Below, in pieces: positions 1-12,280 of a DNA stretch of 64,000 nucleotides. Position 1 is the stretch's first letter. Every line of letters begins with the position of its first letter. This DNA comes from Paramoeba atlantica (Eukaryota; Protista; Discosea), in assembly GCA_977017575.1 (NCBI GenBank), contig CDRNVI010000083.1, positions 186,001-250,000 of the forward strand, written 5' to 3'. The translations under genes were made by a program, and so were the position numbers. The notes under the pieces are model-generated. The model ran no database searches. It saw only the letters and a program-made list of their open reading frames with translations, and was not told the origin of the DNA.

Positions 1-163
1 AATGATAAGAAGCCGAACATAAATCACGTATCTGGTGCAATTCACGGAGAATGGTGCGTATGATATGGTTTCAAGAATCGAGGCGTGGATAAAACGATTT
101 GTATGACATCCCTTGATGAGAGGACATCCACGGTCCTAGTTTGCGTTACTTGATTTCTTGCTT

Positions 164-1381
164 TCATAGAGTTTTTGGGATATTCTTTTCCAAGGACTTC
201 TTTTTACGAAGATCTTTCGTACGATTTTGAGCGCCGTGAGTGCGCCTCGTTGCCCCTCGTACTGTCCGAAGTAAATGACAATAACGGACCAAATCGACAT
301 CGGTGAGCTTTTTCACCTTTCGAAGCACAGCGGGGCTCACACACGGATAGGTAAGGTGCCGGAAAATGGAGTCCTGTTTGCCACGCGCTCCATGTTGCAT
401 AAGAATTCGTAAGAAGTTCTTTTCGTCAATGGTTTTTGACTTCCTTGCCTTTCGCACAAAATCGGGAACAGGGCAGAATCTCTCGTTTTTGAATAGCGGA
501 AATTCCTCATGTAGAGTGGAAAGAAGAACGTTATCACGGAATCGCTTATCCATGACATAACGCTCAGGCGACCCGGAACGTACTTCCTTGCTGCATCTCG
601 GGAGATTGTCCGTTGGATCTCCTTTGAGCGCTTGACATTCGTTCAATCGATCCACCGGCCAGTTGAATGCACGTTCCACCTCGGAACGATTTACAAACCA
701 CTCGCGATCTCCAGGGCGATAGAGCGCCGTGTTTCGACTTGTAGGAAACAGAGCAAAAACTTGGAATAGATCCTTATCAGTGGAGAACACGGTGGCGTGT
801 ACTTTTGGACCCAGTCGAGAACGTACCGTATAGATCACATCATCCCCCTCTGCCTGTTTTTTGCCATTCTCAGGGAAAACATTTATCTTCAACGCTTGAC
901 ACATTTCACGAGCCAGCGCTTGTGCTTGCTGGATGAGCCTTTTATGTTTCTTGCTGCGGGGCTTCTTTTCAAACTTGTATTTTTTGTGAATACCCAAGCG
1001 CCATGGAGCAGGACCCACCTGGTCTAAAGTCACCACCACTTTGTTTAATTTTGCCGATTCCCTATTCCCTGCGGTAAGTTTTTTGGTCACGCACTGTTCG
1101 TGGGGAGGATGTAGTGTGCTCGATTTAAGAAGGAGGATACCAAAGAGAGAAAGTGCGTTGCGTAAATCGCCTGTAGCATACACGTAGCGATGAAGTAGAT
1201 TACTGCCATCTATAATCACAACCCGCTTTTCCGGAATCTTTTTGGGTGTTAGACTAGGTACATCTTTTCGGGGTACACGAATGTGTTGACCAACCCACCT
1301 GGGCGCTGATGTGAAAAGACCACCCTTTGGCTTCAACGAGGGTAAAACCGTGATGTGAGGAAGAAAGGATCGGTTAAGCAT
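164..1381 (-). CDS. 5'-3' exonuclease / flap endonuclease (Pol I 5'-nuclease fold), probably mitochondrial; similar in type to kinetoplastid structure-specific endonuclease
   Basis: Motifs IIDGSNLLHR, VVVTLD, EGDDVIYT, STDKDLFQ and LKGDPTDNLP match the 5'-nuclease acidic sites and H3TH. The N-terminus MLNRSFL resembles a mitochondrial presequence. Confidence 0.75.
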   Translation of the reverse strand: MLNRSFLPHITVLPSLKPKGGLFTSAPRWVGQHIRVPRKDVPSLTPKKIPEKRVVIIDGSNLLHRYVYATGDLRNALSLFGILLLKSSTLHPPHEQCVTKKLTAGNRESAKLNKVVVTLDQVGPAPWRLGIHKKYKFEKKPRSKKHKRLIQQAQALAREMCQALKINVFPENGKKQAEGDDVIYTVRSRLGPKVHATVFSTDKDLFQVFALFPTSRNTALYRPGDREWFVNRSEVERAFNWPVDRLNECQALKGDPTDNLPRCSKEVRSGSPERYVMDKRFRDNVLLSTLHEEFPLFKNERFCPVPDFVRKARKSKTIDEKNFLRILMQHGARGKQDSIFRHLTYPCVSPAVLRKVKKLTDVDLVRYCHLLRTVRGATRRTHGAQNRTKDLRKKKSLEKNIPKTL

Positions 1382-1687
1382 AAAAATATTTTTCCGTATT
1401 TATGGTAATTTGTGTAAAAAGGTTTTCTATTTTTTGTGTTTCTACGCCCCCTAATTTTTCTAAGTGAGCATAAATAAGTACAACATAAATGTAAATTTAG
1501 ACTTACATGTAATTATTGTGTAGTCGCCGTGCACGAGTGTGATATGCATTCTGCAGTCAAAATATTTGCATTGTGTTTGTTCACACGCATTCGTTGCTTT
1601 TCCTTATCCACAAACAATGATGTATCAATGAGCAATGAGAGCCCCACCTTATGTCACATAAGGTGGAGTGTCTTGTGACATAAATAT

Positions 1688-2083
1688 TCATCCTCCGTGC
1701 AGCGTGGAAATAAATGTTACTTTTCCTACACCTTGAGAGATTTCGGCATCCAACCCGCCTACAATTTCCCAATCTACATCGTCAAGAAGTACAAGAATGC
1801 CGGGACGAACAGTGTAAGGGTACGAGTGAACTTTGCTCGTTGTCTTCGAATCCTCAACGTGAGGAACTGCAAACAAATCTCTCTTGGCTTCAAGCCGCTC
1901 TTGTGTAAGCCATGCGATCAGATGACCTACGGTGATTTTTTGAACCGGTTCTTGCAGATTCATTTGTTTTGAAGACACGCAAGAATCAGGTAATAACTGC
2001 ACTTCGTCATTCGTTAAGGATATAAATCCCTTGCCCCCAAAGACAAGCTCGCAACCTCCACATAACTCAACTTGCAGTGGCAT
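1688..2083 (-). CDS. URM1: Ubiquitin-related modifier 1
   Basis: GGCELVF, RPGILVLLDDVDWE and C-terminal FISTLHGG. First ATG at 2083; the ORF track starts at a TTG. Confidence 0.9.
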   Translation of the reverse strand: MPLQVELCGGCELVFGGKGFISLTNDEVQLLPDSCVSSKQMNLQEPVQKITVGHLIAWLTQERLEAKRDLFAVPHVEDSKTTSKVHSYPYTVRPGILVLLDDVDWEIVGGLDAEISQGVGKVTFISTLHGG

Positions 2084-2515
2084 GTGTTGTTCTGTTATAA
2101 GCTCTAATGTAAATTTACGCTTATCCAATATACCGGAATATGCGAAAACACCTTCTAACGTCTAACCCTGCGCTTTAAAATTTTTAAAACTTTATTCTAG
2201 ACCTACCTGTGTGACAAGGTAAATTACATAAAACAATGCACATACCATTGAATGTACATGATGAATGTGTACAATCCTGTACTTCCCTTTCACCTCTTCA
2301 CTTTATTATTTCATAAAATAGCAATCTAATTCAGAACAAAAACAACGGCAAACGTCGTAAAAAACATGACACCTCATACTAAGAACATTGATAATACCCG
2401 CAAAGGTATGTTTAGTTAAGCAACACGTTTTGTTGTTTAAAAATACGAATACACACCTTAAAGATATTTTCAAAATGACAATAAAAACATTTGCCAGCTA
2501 GTACACAGCGTACAG

Positions 2516-4174
2516 CTAGTACGTCACGGGGGGAGGGCTGGTAGGGGGTGGCGGGGTGTATGGGGTCCCTGGATGCTGTGTGGGCGGCATATTGGGGTTA
2601 TACGGAGGTGCGGGGTGGCCGTACCCTCCAGGGGGCACCGCGGGGTTCACGGGATAACCTTGGCCGGGATATCCATAGGGTTGCTGGGGTGGCTGCTGGG
2701 GCTGTTGCGGTGGGGGTGGGGGTGGGGGCGCGCCCGGGGGAGGTACTCCCCCTTGCGTAGGGACGGAGCCGTAGGGGTGGGAGGGTGGAGGAGGTGGAGG
2801 AGTCGTACTGTACATTGGTGGAGTGCCCATCGGGGGTGCGTAGCCCTGTGGCATGGCCGTGTTGGGGGGCACTCCTGTACTGGGGACGGGTGTAACCGGG
2901 GTGTTGGCAGGGGGAGGGGGAGGGGCGGTCGGTGGCTGAGGAGTTGGAGCCGTCGGGGCAGGGGCGGGGGGTACGGGAGGGATCTCCCCGGTTGCAGGAG
3001 TGGGTGTGGTCTCTTCTTTGACTCGACGTGCAGGAGCGGATTCTGGGGCCTCGGTGGGATTAGTCACGGAGTGCCGTCGTCTTCGTTCCCGTCGTCCTTC
3101 GCGGTCCTTGCTCCGTTTGGGGTCCACACGTGCTCCATAGTCATACTCCTCTCGATAGTCCCGTCGCCGGACATGACGCTCGTCGTCGAAGTCACGACGG
3201 TACCGTGAACGGCGATCCTCCTCCTGACTGCCTTCCTCATCTCCGTCGTCATAATCTGCATATTCGTCCCCGTCATACATGTCGTCGTAGAGATCCTTTC
3301 CCTTCTTCATCCTCTCTTCCTTGCGCCGCGCGAGTTCCTCTTCTCGCTTTTTTTCGTCCTCCGCGTATTGTTTTTGCCGACGCTCAAAATCCTCCTGGCT
3401 GTATTTCTCTGCTTCAGGATGGGCATGGCGTTTACGTTCCCGTTCGTCATGTCCTCGGATAAAGTCATGAATGTCGTCGATGCTGTGACGGTTGAGCTGC
3501 TCATAAGAATAATGCCCAGGTAAGGTGGTTAGGTAGAACCCTGTGAGGTACCACCGGTTGTCTTTACCTGCATCCGGAGAGCCCTGGGCTCCAAAGTGAT
3601 ACCCTGTGGCAAGCTGCGCCTGGGTTTCCAGGCATTTGATCTCCTCCTCCCCGGTGGTTACCGTAAGCGTCCCTTTCTTGCGTGAATCGTAGGACACGGA
3701 AATCTCCATCTCTCCAGATGGAAGGGACCGCCCCTGATACGTTCCCTCGGCCGCCGTGACGTTCAACCCCCCCGCCTTAATCACGTGTGGATATACCTCT
3801 AGCCATAGGAACGGGTAATTCCCATTCATTGTGCTGTAGGTCAGAACAAGAGGGGTTGTGGGGTTACCTTTGTGGGTGACACGCACGATAAAACGCCAGT
3901 CAGCCATTTCCTTCCGTCGTGCGTTACGAATCCATCCCCCGCTTAGACTGATAGCCTCGTTTGTGATAACCGTGGAGGCACCAAAGTCCCAGTGGTGTAA
4001 CCCTCCGTCCCAGTAAGACTCCAAAAACGGTGGTTCCAGAGAGTGGGCTGAGATGAGCTCCGTATTTTTTTGACGGTCCTCATTGGATGCACTGCATCCC
4101 ACTTGAAGAGTCGCGGCTAGAATTAAAATTATGAAACGACAGCTCGTGAACATAATAGAAAAGCTTTTTGTCAT
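2516..4174 (-). CDS. Secreted L-type (ERGIC-53/VIP36-like) lectin with charged and proline-rich tail
   Basis: Hydrophobic signal peptide, then HSLEPPF...WDFGASTVIT typical of the Lectin_leg-like N-terminus, an E/R/D-rich stretch and a P/G/Y/Q-rich C-terminus with no TM helix. Confidence 0.65.
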   Translation of the reverse strand: MTKSFSIMFTSCRFIILILAATLQVGCSASNEDRQKNTELISAHSLEPPFLESYWDGGLHHWDFGASTVITNEAISLSGGWIRNARRKEMADWRFIVRVTHKGNPTTPLVLTYSTMNGNYPFLWLEVYPHVIKAGGLNVTAAEGTYQGRSLPSGEMEISVSYDSRKKGTLTVTTGEEEIKCLETQAQLATGYHFGAQGSPDAGKDNRWYLTGFYLTTLPGHYSYEQLNRHSIDDIHDFIRGHDERERKRHAHPEAEKYSQEDFERRQKQYAEDEKKREEELARRKEERMKKGKDLYDDMYDGDEYADYDDGDEEGSQEEDRRSRYRRDFDDERHVRRRDYREEYDYGARVDPKRSKDREGRRERRRRHSVTNPTEAPESAPARRVKEETTPTPATGEIPPVPPAPAPTAPTPQPPTAPPPPPANTPVTPVPSTGVPPNTAMPQGYAPPMGTPPMYSTTPPPPPPSHPYGSVPTQGGVPPPGAPPPPPPPQQPQQPPQQPYGYPGQGYPVNPAVPPGGYGHPAPPYNPNMPPTQHPGTPYTPPPPTSPPPVTY

Positions 4175-4665
4175 GTAAAAAGAAGAGAAAAGTTTTTATT
4201 TTCGCAAAAAGTAGGATCAGATTAGGGCACATTTTTACCGCATAATAGCCAAAAACTCAATATCAATCGAAGAGGGCGGCAAGGACGGATAATATGGCTT
4301 CCTGCCCTAATTCATTCTCCTACCTTCATCCTTCGTTCCCCATTGTGCCTAGGAGCAAATAAGAGGATGCCTAGGAGCAAATAGCCCAAAGGGGGAGTCC
4401 AAGTATTATCCACATCCATTTACTATTCACAAACAATTATTTATGGGAAATAAGAAGAAAAGTTCTTCGCCCAATTTTTTGTCTCTACTAAAGGGGGGGC
4501 TCTGAGGAGAGGTCTCTACTAAAGGGGGGTCGCAGTACATGTACAGTGCAGTGTATGTAAGTGGGGGGTACTCCGCGGCACTATAGTAAGGGGGATAATT
4601 TTCAAAATTGAGGACTTATCTGTTCTTCTAGATTAGAAGAACAGATATGTACGGATAGGTGGTAG

Positions 4666-5391
4666 TTAAACGAAGTCCCCCACTAGTCTAGTAGGAACCT
4701 TTCTCGAATAATATTTTCCAAAAGTGCGACGAAATCCTGTGGCCTTCAAAATTTCCACATATGATTCCGAAAAGTTTATCCACTCCACATTGGGAGGTAA
4801 CAAGGAAAGTTCCACACATCCGTGCACGGCGTTATAAGATAAATCTATTGCTGTTAAAGAGTTAGGCATGCTACAGAAGTCCAACAACCCAGAAAACCGA
4901 TTCTGCTCCAAACGAAGCTCGCGCAGTGTTGTCGGCAGAGTGGTAAAGTCCAACGAACCGGAAAAAAAGTTTATCTGAAGATCGAGAATTTCGAGTTTAT
5001 TGGGGAGACAAGTCAAATCAACTTTTCCACTAAATTTATTGTCCCCTAAATTCAAGACTCGTAGCTCTAAGGGCAGATCATCCCAAGAAACAATGCCGCA
5101 AAATGTGTTACACCAAAGGTTGACCTCTTGCGTAGTTGGTGGAAGTACTCCCCAGCGAAGTGATCCGCTCCAAGAACTTGAAGGCCAGTTAATGCAATTC
5201 ACGGTTTCGTTCACTACTTTTAATCCATACCAAAAACCCAATTCCGTATCCATTGTCCACGTGTCATGTTTCTTTACAAGGTCAGCGACAAATAACAACA
5301 TGTCATCTCTGTGAGAGAGACAATGACCGCGCACTCGAGCTGCTCTTACCGTATCAGCAGCGTAAAAGAGCATCAAAATCCCGAAGTACAT
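4666..5391 (-). CDS. Short LRR protein with N-terminal signal (family member 1)
   Basis: Repeats of LPxxLxxLxLxxNxFSGxxDLxx. The N-terminal AAD..ARVRG motif is shared with three other ORFs in the window. Confidence 0.85.
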   Translation of the reverse strand: MYFGILMLFYAADTVRAARVRGHCLSHRDDMLLFVADLVKKHDTWTMDTELGFWYGLKVVNETVNCINWPSSSWSGSLRWGVLPPTTQEVNLWCNTFCGIVSWDDLPLELRVLNLGDNKFSGKVDLTCLPNKLEILDLQINFFSGSLDFTTLPTTLRELRLEQNRFSGLLDFCSMPNSLTAIDLSYNAVHGCVELSLLPPNVEWINFSESYVEILKATGFRRTFGKYYSRKVPTRLVGDFV

Positions 5392-5732
5392 AAAAAGAAA
5401 TTATCTTAATTCTAAAATAACTTGCAGACCTCACTACTGCAACTGCAAACACGTAGGACGAGCGGTAATACAACCCCGTTCATCAAAAATGGGACTAACC
5501 TTTAGAGAGCTACGCGTCTTGTTTTTTGATAATTTTTTTCAGGCTTCCTCACATTACTACAGAGAAGACCGCAAAAATTGTGTCGAAAGGCGCAAAAGAC
5601 TAATATTTTAATTATTTGTATTTTATCCTCTTTTTTGTGCATTTAATGTGACTTTTGGAGTTTTCGTAAGAATTATTGAGAAAATTTAACCAGTTTTTAA
5701 CATTACTCCCGATCTTTTTCCTTTAACGACAT

Positions 5733-6383
5733 ATGAATTCTAGCGATAGCGAAGAGCTGTCGAGCGGGGTCACTCTTTCGGATGAAAATGATTCTGATTG
5801 GAACCCATCAGATGAAATGGAATCAGATTTCTCTGAATCACAAGAATCGTCTTCTTTTTCGTCGAATGGTTCGTGTGCTTCTCTAGGATATGATTCGCCG
5901 CACGACGACGTACGTGTATTGTCTAGTTTATCCAGCTACTCAACTTCCAGTGGCTCGGAATCTTCGTATTCTTCTTCTTCGGAATCTTCGTATTCTTCTT
6001 CGGAATCTTCGTATTCTTCTGCTAGCGAAAGTAACGTTTCCTCCCCTCTCCCACTTTCCCCTCTCTTACTTTCTCCTGCACGCCGTGTTTGCTCTTCGAC
6101 CCGCTCTCGCATTCCATCTTTTTCACCAGACCGTTTTCAAAGAAGTGGATCGTTGTCTCCAGGATTTGATGCCAAGCTGTTGGAAGCGATACGTGATATT
6201 AAGGACGTTCACTCCGATATATCCCACCCAGCTGTTGACAACACCTTCTCTAATAGTTTACCCCCTGAAATGGAAGAACCAGATTCCAAACAACCAACCA
6301 ATCAGTTAATTCCAGATCCAAGAGATGATCAATTAAAATCTTTGGAGAAAAAAAATCTTATGATATTTTTAGACCATTGCTAA
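5733..6383 (+). other. Ser/Asp-rich low-complexity ORF at the edge of a repeat island, possibly transposon-derived
   Basis: Opposite strand to the host genes. Contains three tandem copies of TCGGAATCTTCGTATTCTTCT; no recognisable domain. Confidence 0.25.
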
Positions 6384-7827
6384 AAATTATACTCAGAAAA
6401 GTTCATTTTTTAAAGGGAATTTTGACTTTTCAGGGTACTTTTTAAGGTAATATTATATATTTGTTTTGTCTACAAGTATTTTTCCGGTGGTACCCTCAAC
6501 TAGATCTGCACGAATACACCGTTCTTTTGCCCTTTCTCTCATATACATGAATGTGGGGATAGTCCCAAAACCACTGGAACGGGGTTGTAGTAGTCTTTCA
6601 TAAGTAATTGAGGGGCTGCGGGTGGGGATTCGGTGCGGTCTCTGTGCGGTGTACCTACTTACAGTGGTTTCAATTGAACTTCCCCCCCGCGGAAGTTTTA
6701 GTTTTTTTGTCCGTTTTTCCTCATTTTTGTTGCGAATGAGAGATCTCGTTCCCCTAGTGAAGCGCTTTGGCACCTTTTTTCCACAGAGACCCCCTAGTGC
6801 TCGTATAGTGACCTGAAAAATAGTCAAAACAATATTTTTGATAAATACGAACCTTGGAAGGTAGTACAAAACCATGTACAAGGGTGTACAGAAATCTTGC
6901 CCCCCCCCCCCGCGGAAATTTGATTTTTTTTATCCGTTCGGGTAAAAACAAGATTTTAGAAAACTCATATTTTGAAACTTACGTGAGAAAATCCAGAAAA
7001 TGACGATCAGTACGTACTAATACGTGATTTAAGCTTTGTAGAATAGTACTCAGAATGTCCGTTGTCGCTTTTTAATACTATTCTGAGTCGTTTGAGGACT
7101 GAGCTAATTTGTCTTGTTTTCATAGTTCCACAAAATGAAAAAAATGTACGTGAGGGTGAAAATTTGCTAAAAATAATGTTTTTTATCCCATGAGATCTCT
7201 AAGGAGTCATTAAGAAGGAAATACAGCAAGACTATTCGCTATGAGAACGAGACCCATGAAACGCGATTAAAACGAGCCAAAATGCGAAGGAAATGATCTC
7301 ATAAAACATAAAAAAATACAAAAAAAGGGATGTGCTCCTGAAAAATACTATCAAAAAACCATGTTTTTTGGACCCAAGGGGTCCCAAGGGGTCGCTATGA
7401 AAAAAAGGCGGCAAAGCGCTTCGCTGGAAAGCGAGATCTCTCCAATGCTGCAAAGATGAGCAAAAACGGATAAAAAAATCAAAATTCCGAGGGGGGGGGG
7501 GCAAGATTTCTGTTCACCCCTGTATTTTGGACCCAGGGGGTATCTACAAAAAAAAGCAGCAAAGCGCCACCAGGGAAACGAGATCTCTCCAATGCTGCGA
7601 AAATGAGAAAAAAACTCAAAATTACGCGGGGGGAAGATATCTTGAAACCACTGTATCTCAGTGCAAGTACAGTAAATTACTGTGCGAAGTGTAGAATGGG
7701 CGGGGTGGCAGGGACGTAGAAGGTGAAGGCGAGGCTTCATGAATCCTGACTTCGTTGGAGAACAAATCTCAATGAAATTTACGGTTAGTAACAAATCACG
7801 AATGATTTTTCTTGAGATTATTATTAT

Positions 7828-8300
7828 CATTGCGGTGGCTGTGTAACTACCGCTCTACCCTCGATTATTGAAAAAAAAGTAATCAAAAACAATGAAAATA
7901 TAAAAAAGAACATCCCGAAAGGAAAACTTTTGGGATGACCCAAAAATAAATTATTTTTGACCAAAAAAACGTAAAACTACTATTTTTCCACAATCGATTA
8001 CTATTACGTATTTTGGGAGTTTGGGACCTCAGTTACCATTCTACGACGTTTGTTTCGACAGATTCGCCTCCTACCCCTACTGGTATAAAAAACGACCCGA
8101 ATTTGGGGTAAAATTTCGCAATTTTCCCCTAAAAAAGTTGTTCATTCATGGTGGTTTGGTAATTTTTCTTTTTTAGTGCGTTCGTTAAGCGCTGAGGTAG
8201 TTTTCAACGCGAAGCGCGCAGCATGAATGAATTCTACGTTGAAAACAACCACCGCGTTTGACGAAGAACCTAAAAAATCATTGCGGTGGTTGTATAACTA
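7828..8300 (+). repeat. Hairpin-bounded dispersed element (HINE/Helentron-like), one copy plus head of a second
   Basis: Starts CATTGCGGTGGCTGTGTAACTACCGC, ends in a long palindrome ...GTTGAAAACAACCACCGCGTTTGACGAAGAACCT-A6, followed directly by another head at 8279. Confidence 0.75.
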
Positions 8301-9656
8301 CTGCCCCCCCCACTTAAACGCAACCAGGTTTTGGCCTAAAATTGCGCATAAGTAGCCAGGTCAAAAAAAGGGGTGAAAAACTTTTTCGCGCCGATTCGCG
8401 GCGCGTGTTTCTATCATGAATTATATACGCAGGGTACCCTTCCGTGCTGCTTTTTATATACATGAGGCGCTGCGGGTGTGCATCACCGAACCGGCACCTT
8501 TTCGTCGAACCTTTTGAGGTCGAACGAGGTCTATTTTAGCCCAAAAAATGGATTGTACACGTACAAAGTAGCTTAAAGTGTAGTTTTTTTAGTTTGTTAC
8601 CGTACATAGCCGCCTTACTGTGAAAATACGGTGTACGCTGTATACGGTGCTGTATACGAACGGTGTATGCATTACACAAATCAAATGTACAATTAATATA
8701 CCCTCCACAATACATGCATAATTCTTTTACATTATCCTCCTTTTTATATGATGAGCCCTGTTGAGAGCAACGAAGATTTCACTTCACGTATGAAGGTAAC
8801 ATCTGCGAGGGATGATGACGTATACGACGTCATTGTCGCATCGCTTATGCGCACCTTCACGAAGCGCAAAACTCCTTTCGCAAAACTCCTTTATCGCGCA
8901 CGATGGACAGCTACTTACATGCCACACGCTCTGTGTGTGGCGTGGAGGTTAGCTCCCAAGTGCTGCAGCGTGTCATCTTCCACCTTGTGGAGCGCCGAGG
9001 ACACCTTCTCTTGGATTGTCTGCCACGAGGGGTCTACTTCCTTGCAGAGGCGACGCGTGATCTGGAAGCTTTCTTGGAACAGAACCCTCTCTACGCCCCT
9101 CCTCATGAAGGAGCTGTGGGGGAGTTCGTGGAGAACGTGTGGCGTTCTGTTTCAGAAAAGCGTTCCAGATCATGTACTCTGTGGCGCAAACGGAAGAGTG
9201 GCTAGGGTAAAGAAAACGTAGCAGAGGAATCCCTTTCTTCTACGGTGATCTCTTCACCCAACTTGCGCACTCAACCTTCCTCGCTCCCTCAACCTTCGCT
9301 TGGGGAAGCCTCTTTGAGGCCACGTTCCTCTCGCGTGATGCGCTTTCCTTCCCTTTAGTTTTCCCTCGCAGAAGCGAACGTTTCCCCCACAAAGCGTACG
9401 TAAGAGAAAAAGAGTTGTAATTCAAGAGAAGTGATAAGCTCGTTTTTTTTGAAGTTTGAAGTGCTAACCTTTATATATCATTTTTTTTAGATATCATGCA
9501 TATTGTATCATGAATAAGTTAGGTATCTTACCCATGAATGTCATCTTATATGTATCATGAATAAGTTAGGTATCTTACCCATGAATGTCATCTTACTTTT
9601 TGTTTTCTCTCTAGGCGATATTTTATCCTGCAATTCTATTTATCCTGCATTCTATC

Positions 9657-10273
9657 ATGTACGGCATTACCAGACAGCAATTCACAGATTTTTTTCTTGA
9701 GCTACAGAGAGCAAGTCCTCTTGTCGCCACGGACACTGATCTCAGACGCCTTAGCTCTTCCTTAGCTACGTGCGCTTTGAACTGCACATGGGAGAAACTG
9801 TATGATTTACAGCCCATGTGGATTGCTCCCGAAACTCCTCCTCTATCCATCAGGACTCTCCGCGATGACTTTAGCCGCATCGCTGATCTTTGCCGCTCTC
9901 CTGCTTTAATGAATCCGAAACTTCGTTTCAAGCATGGGGTATCTTGGATGCCTGACGTGACATGTATGATGGACGTCACGACAATGCGACAATTACACTT
10001 GCCGGAGTCCCTATTTTTTTTCGCGGACCCGTTCCGGGCAGTGTACATGATGCGAAAATTTATAAAGAAAGAACCACGCACGGAACATTTCTTTTTGACC
10101 ATCATGAAGATGAAATATTTTTGGCGGATCTAGGATACGTGGGTTGCAACCACTGTTTTGTTCCATTCAAGGCACCACGCAAAGGTTGCCTTGATGAACA
10201 CCAGGATCGGTTCAACCGCATGCATTCTTGGATTCGTTCAAGAATCGAGCGTTGTTTTGCTCATTTCGATTGA
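9657..10273 (+). pseudogene. PIF/Harbinger (IS5-like, DDE_Tnp_4) transposase, internally deleted and frameshifted
   Basis: CMMDVTT (D1) in one frame; GPVPGSVHD, FLADLGY (D2) and RSRIERCFA (E) in the next frame. The segment normally between D1 and GSxHD is missing. Confidence 0.8.
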
Positions 10274-11796
10274 TGAACGGAGGGATTGTCTCAAAGAACA
10301 CATATACGATGTGGGATATGTTCCCAAGAAACCACAGCATGGATCAAAAACTAAATAAAATTAAGTATCTAGTCGTTTTCCATGAATTGCGAAATGTAAA
10401 CTACGTAGTCATATCGTATACATGGCTTATAAATTTTTGTTATTATCGTATATTATGTACACTATGTATGTCACACATTATGATTTCTCCTTCGATCTAA
10501 CTATTTTTCTCCTTCAATGTCTGCCGCTCCGACTAATTTCGCATGCTTTCAGAGGATTTTTTTTCCAACCCGCGCCGAACCCGCGACCCGCAGCCCCTCA
10601 CATGTACTATCCCCCCCTAGCAATTCGCCTGCTGCTTTTTGCCTTGCTCCCACTTCTTCCTCTACGGCCCTCCAAAGTTGATATCAAAAGCGATGTCCCA
10701 TTCTTCTGACACGGGTCGTTGCATGTATAAGAATGATTTATGTGGCGCGATAGTGTCTGAGGTACATGAATGGGTTGGAACCAAAATTCGGCCATTCCAA
10801 AAGCCAAAGTTTCGAATGTATTCCGCGTGAACTTAGAAGAAGTTTTTATCAAGGGTCGTCAAGGTAACTGCGATAAAGACAGCAAGGAAGCCTGGAAAAC
10901 AAACTTAGCTTCATAAAGGGTGATGAGTATTATATGCTAATTGTTGAAGATTTTTGTCACAGACAAAGCAGGAATGAGATCCTGGCCTCTATCTACCCCC
11001 GTTCACCCTGTTTTGCCCGGCATTATGTACCTCGAAAAAATGATTGAAACTGTGTAAAAAGTGGTTATTCGGCGTTTCTAGGAAGACTTCTACTCAGGAA
11101 AAATCTTTTTTTCCATGACAACCCCATTGTACTCGTTTGCGAGGGGGCGTAACTTTCAATTTTTTTTGGCATGCAGTGCAGTTTTTTTCTATCTTCGTTT
11201 CAAGACGTTTGACTTTTCTTGACAAACGTCGAATTTTTTTCACATCTGCATATTTTCTTTGCGTGTTATGTTGCGGAGCCTTGTGAAAGTCAAGCGACCC
11301 ACTTGCCTCTGAAGCAGGAATTGGATCAATACTGCCCTCTCCCACGCGGGTTCCGACTGAAGTGGTGATAATCGGTTTATCGTAGTCGGAGAGCTCACCG
11401 ACAGCAATCACACCGGCGATTTCCTTTTCCACGCGGGTTGCAACTGATGTTGTAATTCTCGGGGTCGTACAGCCTACAGTCAGAAGCCTCATTCTGTGTA
11501 ACCTGTGGGGCATCATACCCGTCTACATCAAGACGCGTGAGTTTTCCATTCAGAAGGCGGATTAGACCATCCTCTGGATGATACATTGGTCAATTGGCGT
11601 ACGAAATAAAGTTTTATAGCAAAAAAATGCGGAAATCTAGAAAAATACGAAATGTGAACGTAGAAACATGGATAAAAATCACGTATATTCTAGCTGCATT
11701 AATGTGAATAATGAACTAAAACGCATTTTTCTAAGGTGCACAACGGACGTCCATGTCGTATCGCGAAGGAATTAGTTAAAAAGCTCGGCACGCGCA

Positions 11797-11883
11797 CCCT
11801 TATAACGCATATTGTAACCTGATAACGCATATTGTACCCTTTATAATGCATATTGTAACCTTTATAATGCATATTGTAACCTT
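11797..11883. repeat. About 20-21-bp minisatellite (core ATAA[CT]GCATATTGTAACC), 4 copies
   Basis: Direct reading. Related arrays at 12280-12412, 12805-12885 (reverse) and 52830-52920. Confidence 0.85.
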
Positions 11884-12280
11884 TATTGCGGTGGTTGTAA
11901 AACTACCGCTCTACACTCAATTATTGAAAAAAAAGTGAACAAAAACAGTGAAAATATAAAGAAGAACACAGTAATATAATAGAAGAAAAAAATATTAAAG
12001 GGGGCTCCGGTGGTCCAAAACTGAAAAAAAAAAATTGAAAAAAATGGGGGGTCCATGGGGGGGGGTCCAGGGGGTGGTCCAGGGGGGGGTCATGGTCGAG
12101 CAATTTTTTTCGAAAAAATTAGTTTTCGAAAAAAAAACGCAGAAAGGGTAGCCGGGGTCTTGGCGAGCATTTTCCACCCCCCTACTTTCGCTTTTCCGCC
12201 CCCCTACAACGCGAAGCGCGCAGCATGAGTGACTTCTAAGTTGAAAACAACCACCGCGTTTAACGAAGAGCTTAAAAAAT
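11884..12280 (+). repeat. Hairpin-bounded dispersed element (HINE-like), internally deleted copy
   Basis: Head TATTGCGGTGGTTGTAAAACTACCGC, GGGGGGTCCA repeats, right half of the terminal palindrome. Confidence 0.8.

Larger units (their letters stand above)
6610..10599. mobile_element. Putative PIF/Harbinger-type element boundaries (with nested repeats)
   Basis: 14-bp perfect inverted repeat GAGGGGCTGCGGGT (6610-6623) / ACCCGCAGCCCCTC (10586-10599), with weaker similarity inward, encloses the Harbinger transposase relic. No matching TSD seen. Confidence 0.4.

Noticed and set aside
10700-11600. Possible gene in 11094-11516 / 11395-11586
   Set aside because: Fragmented frames with an internal duplication and no recognisable domain; probably TE debris, so left uncalled.
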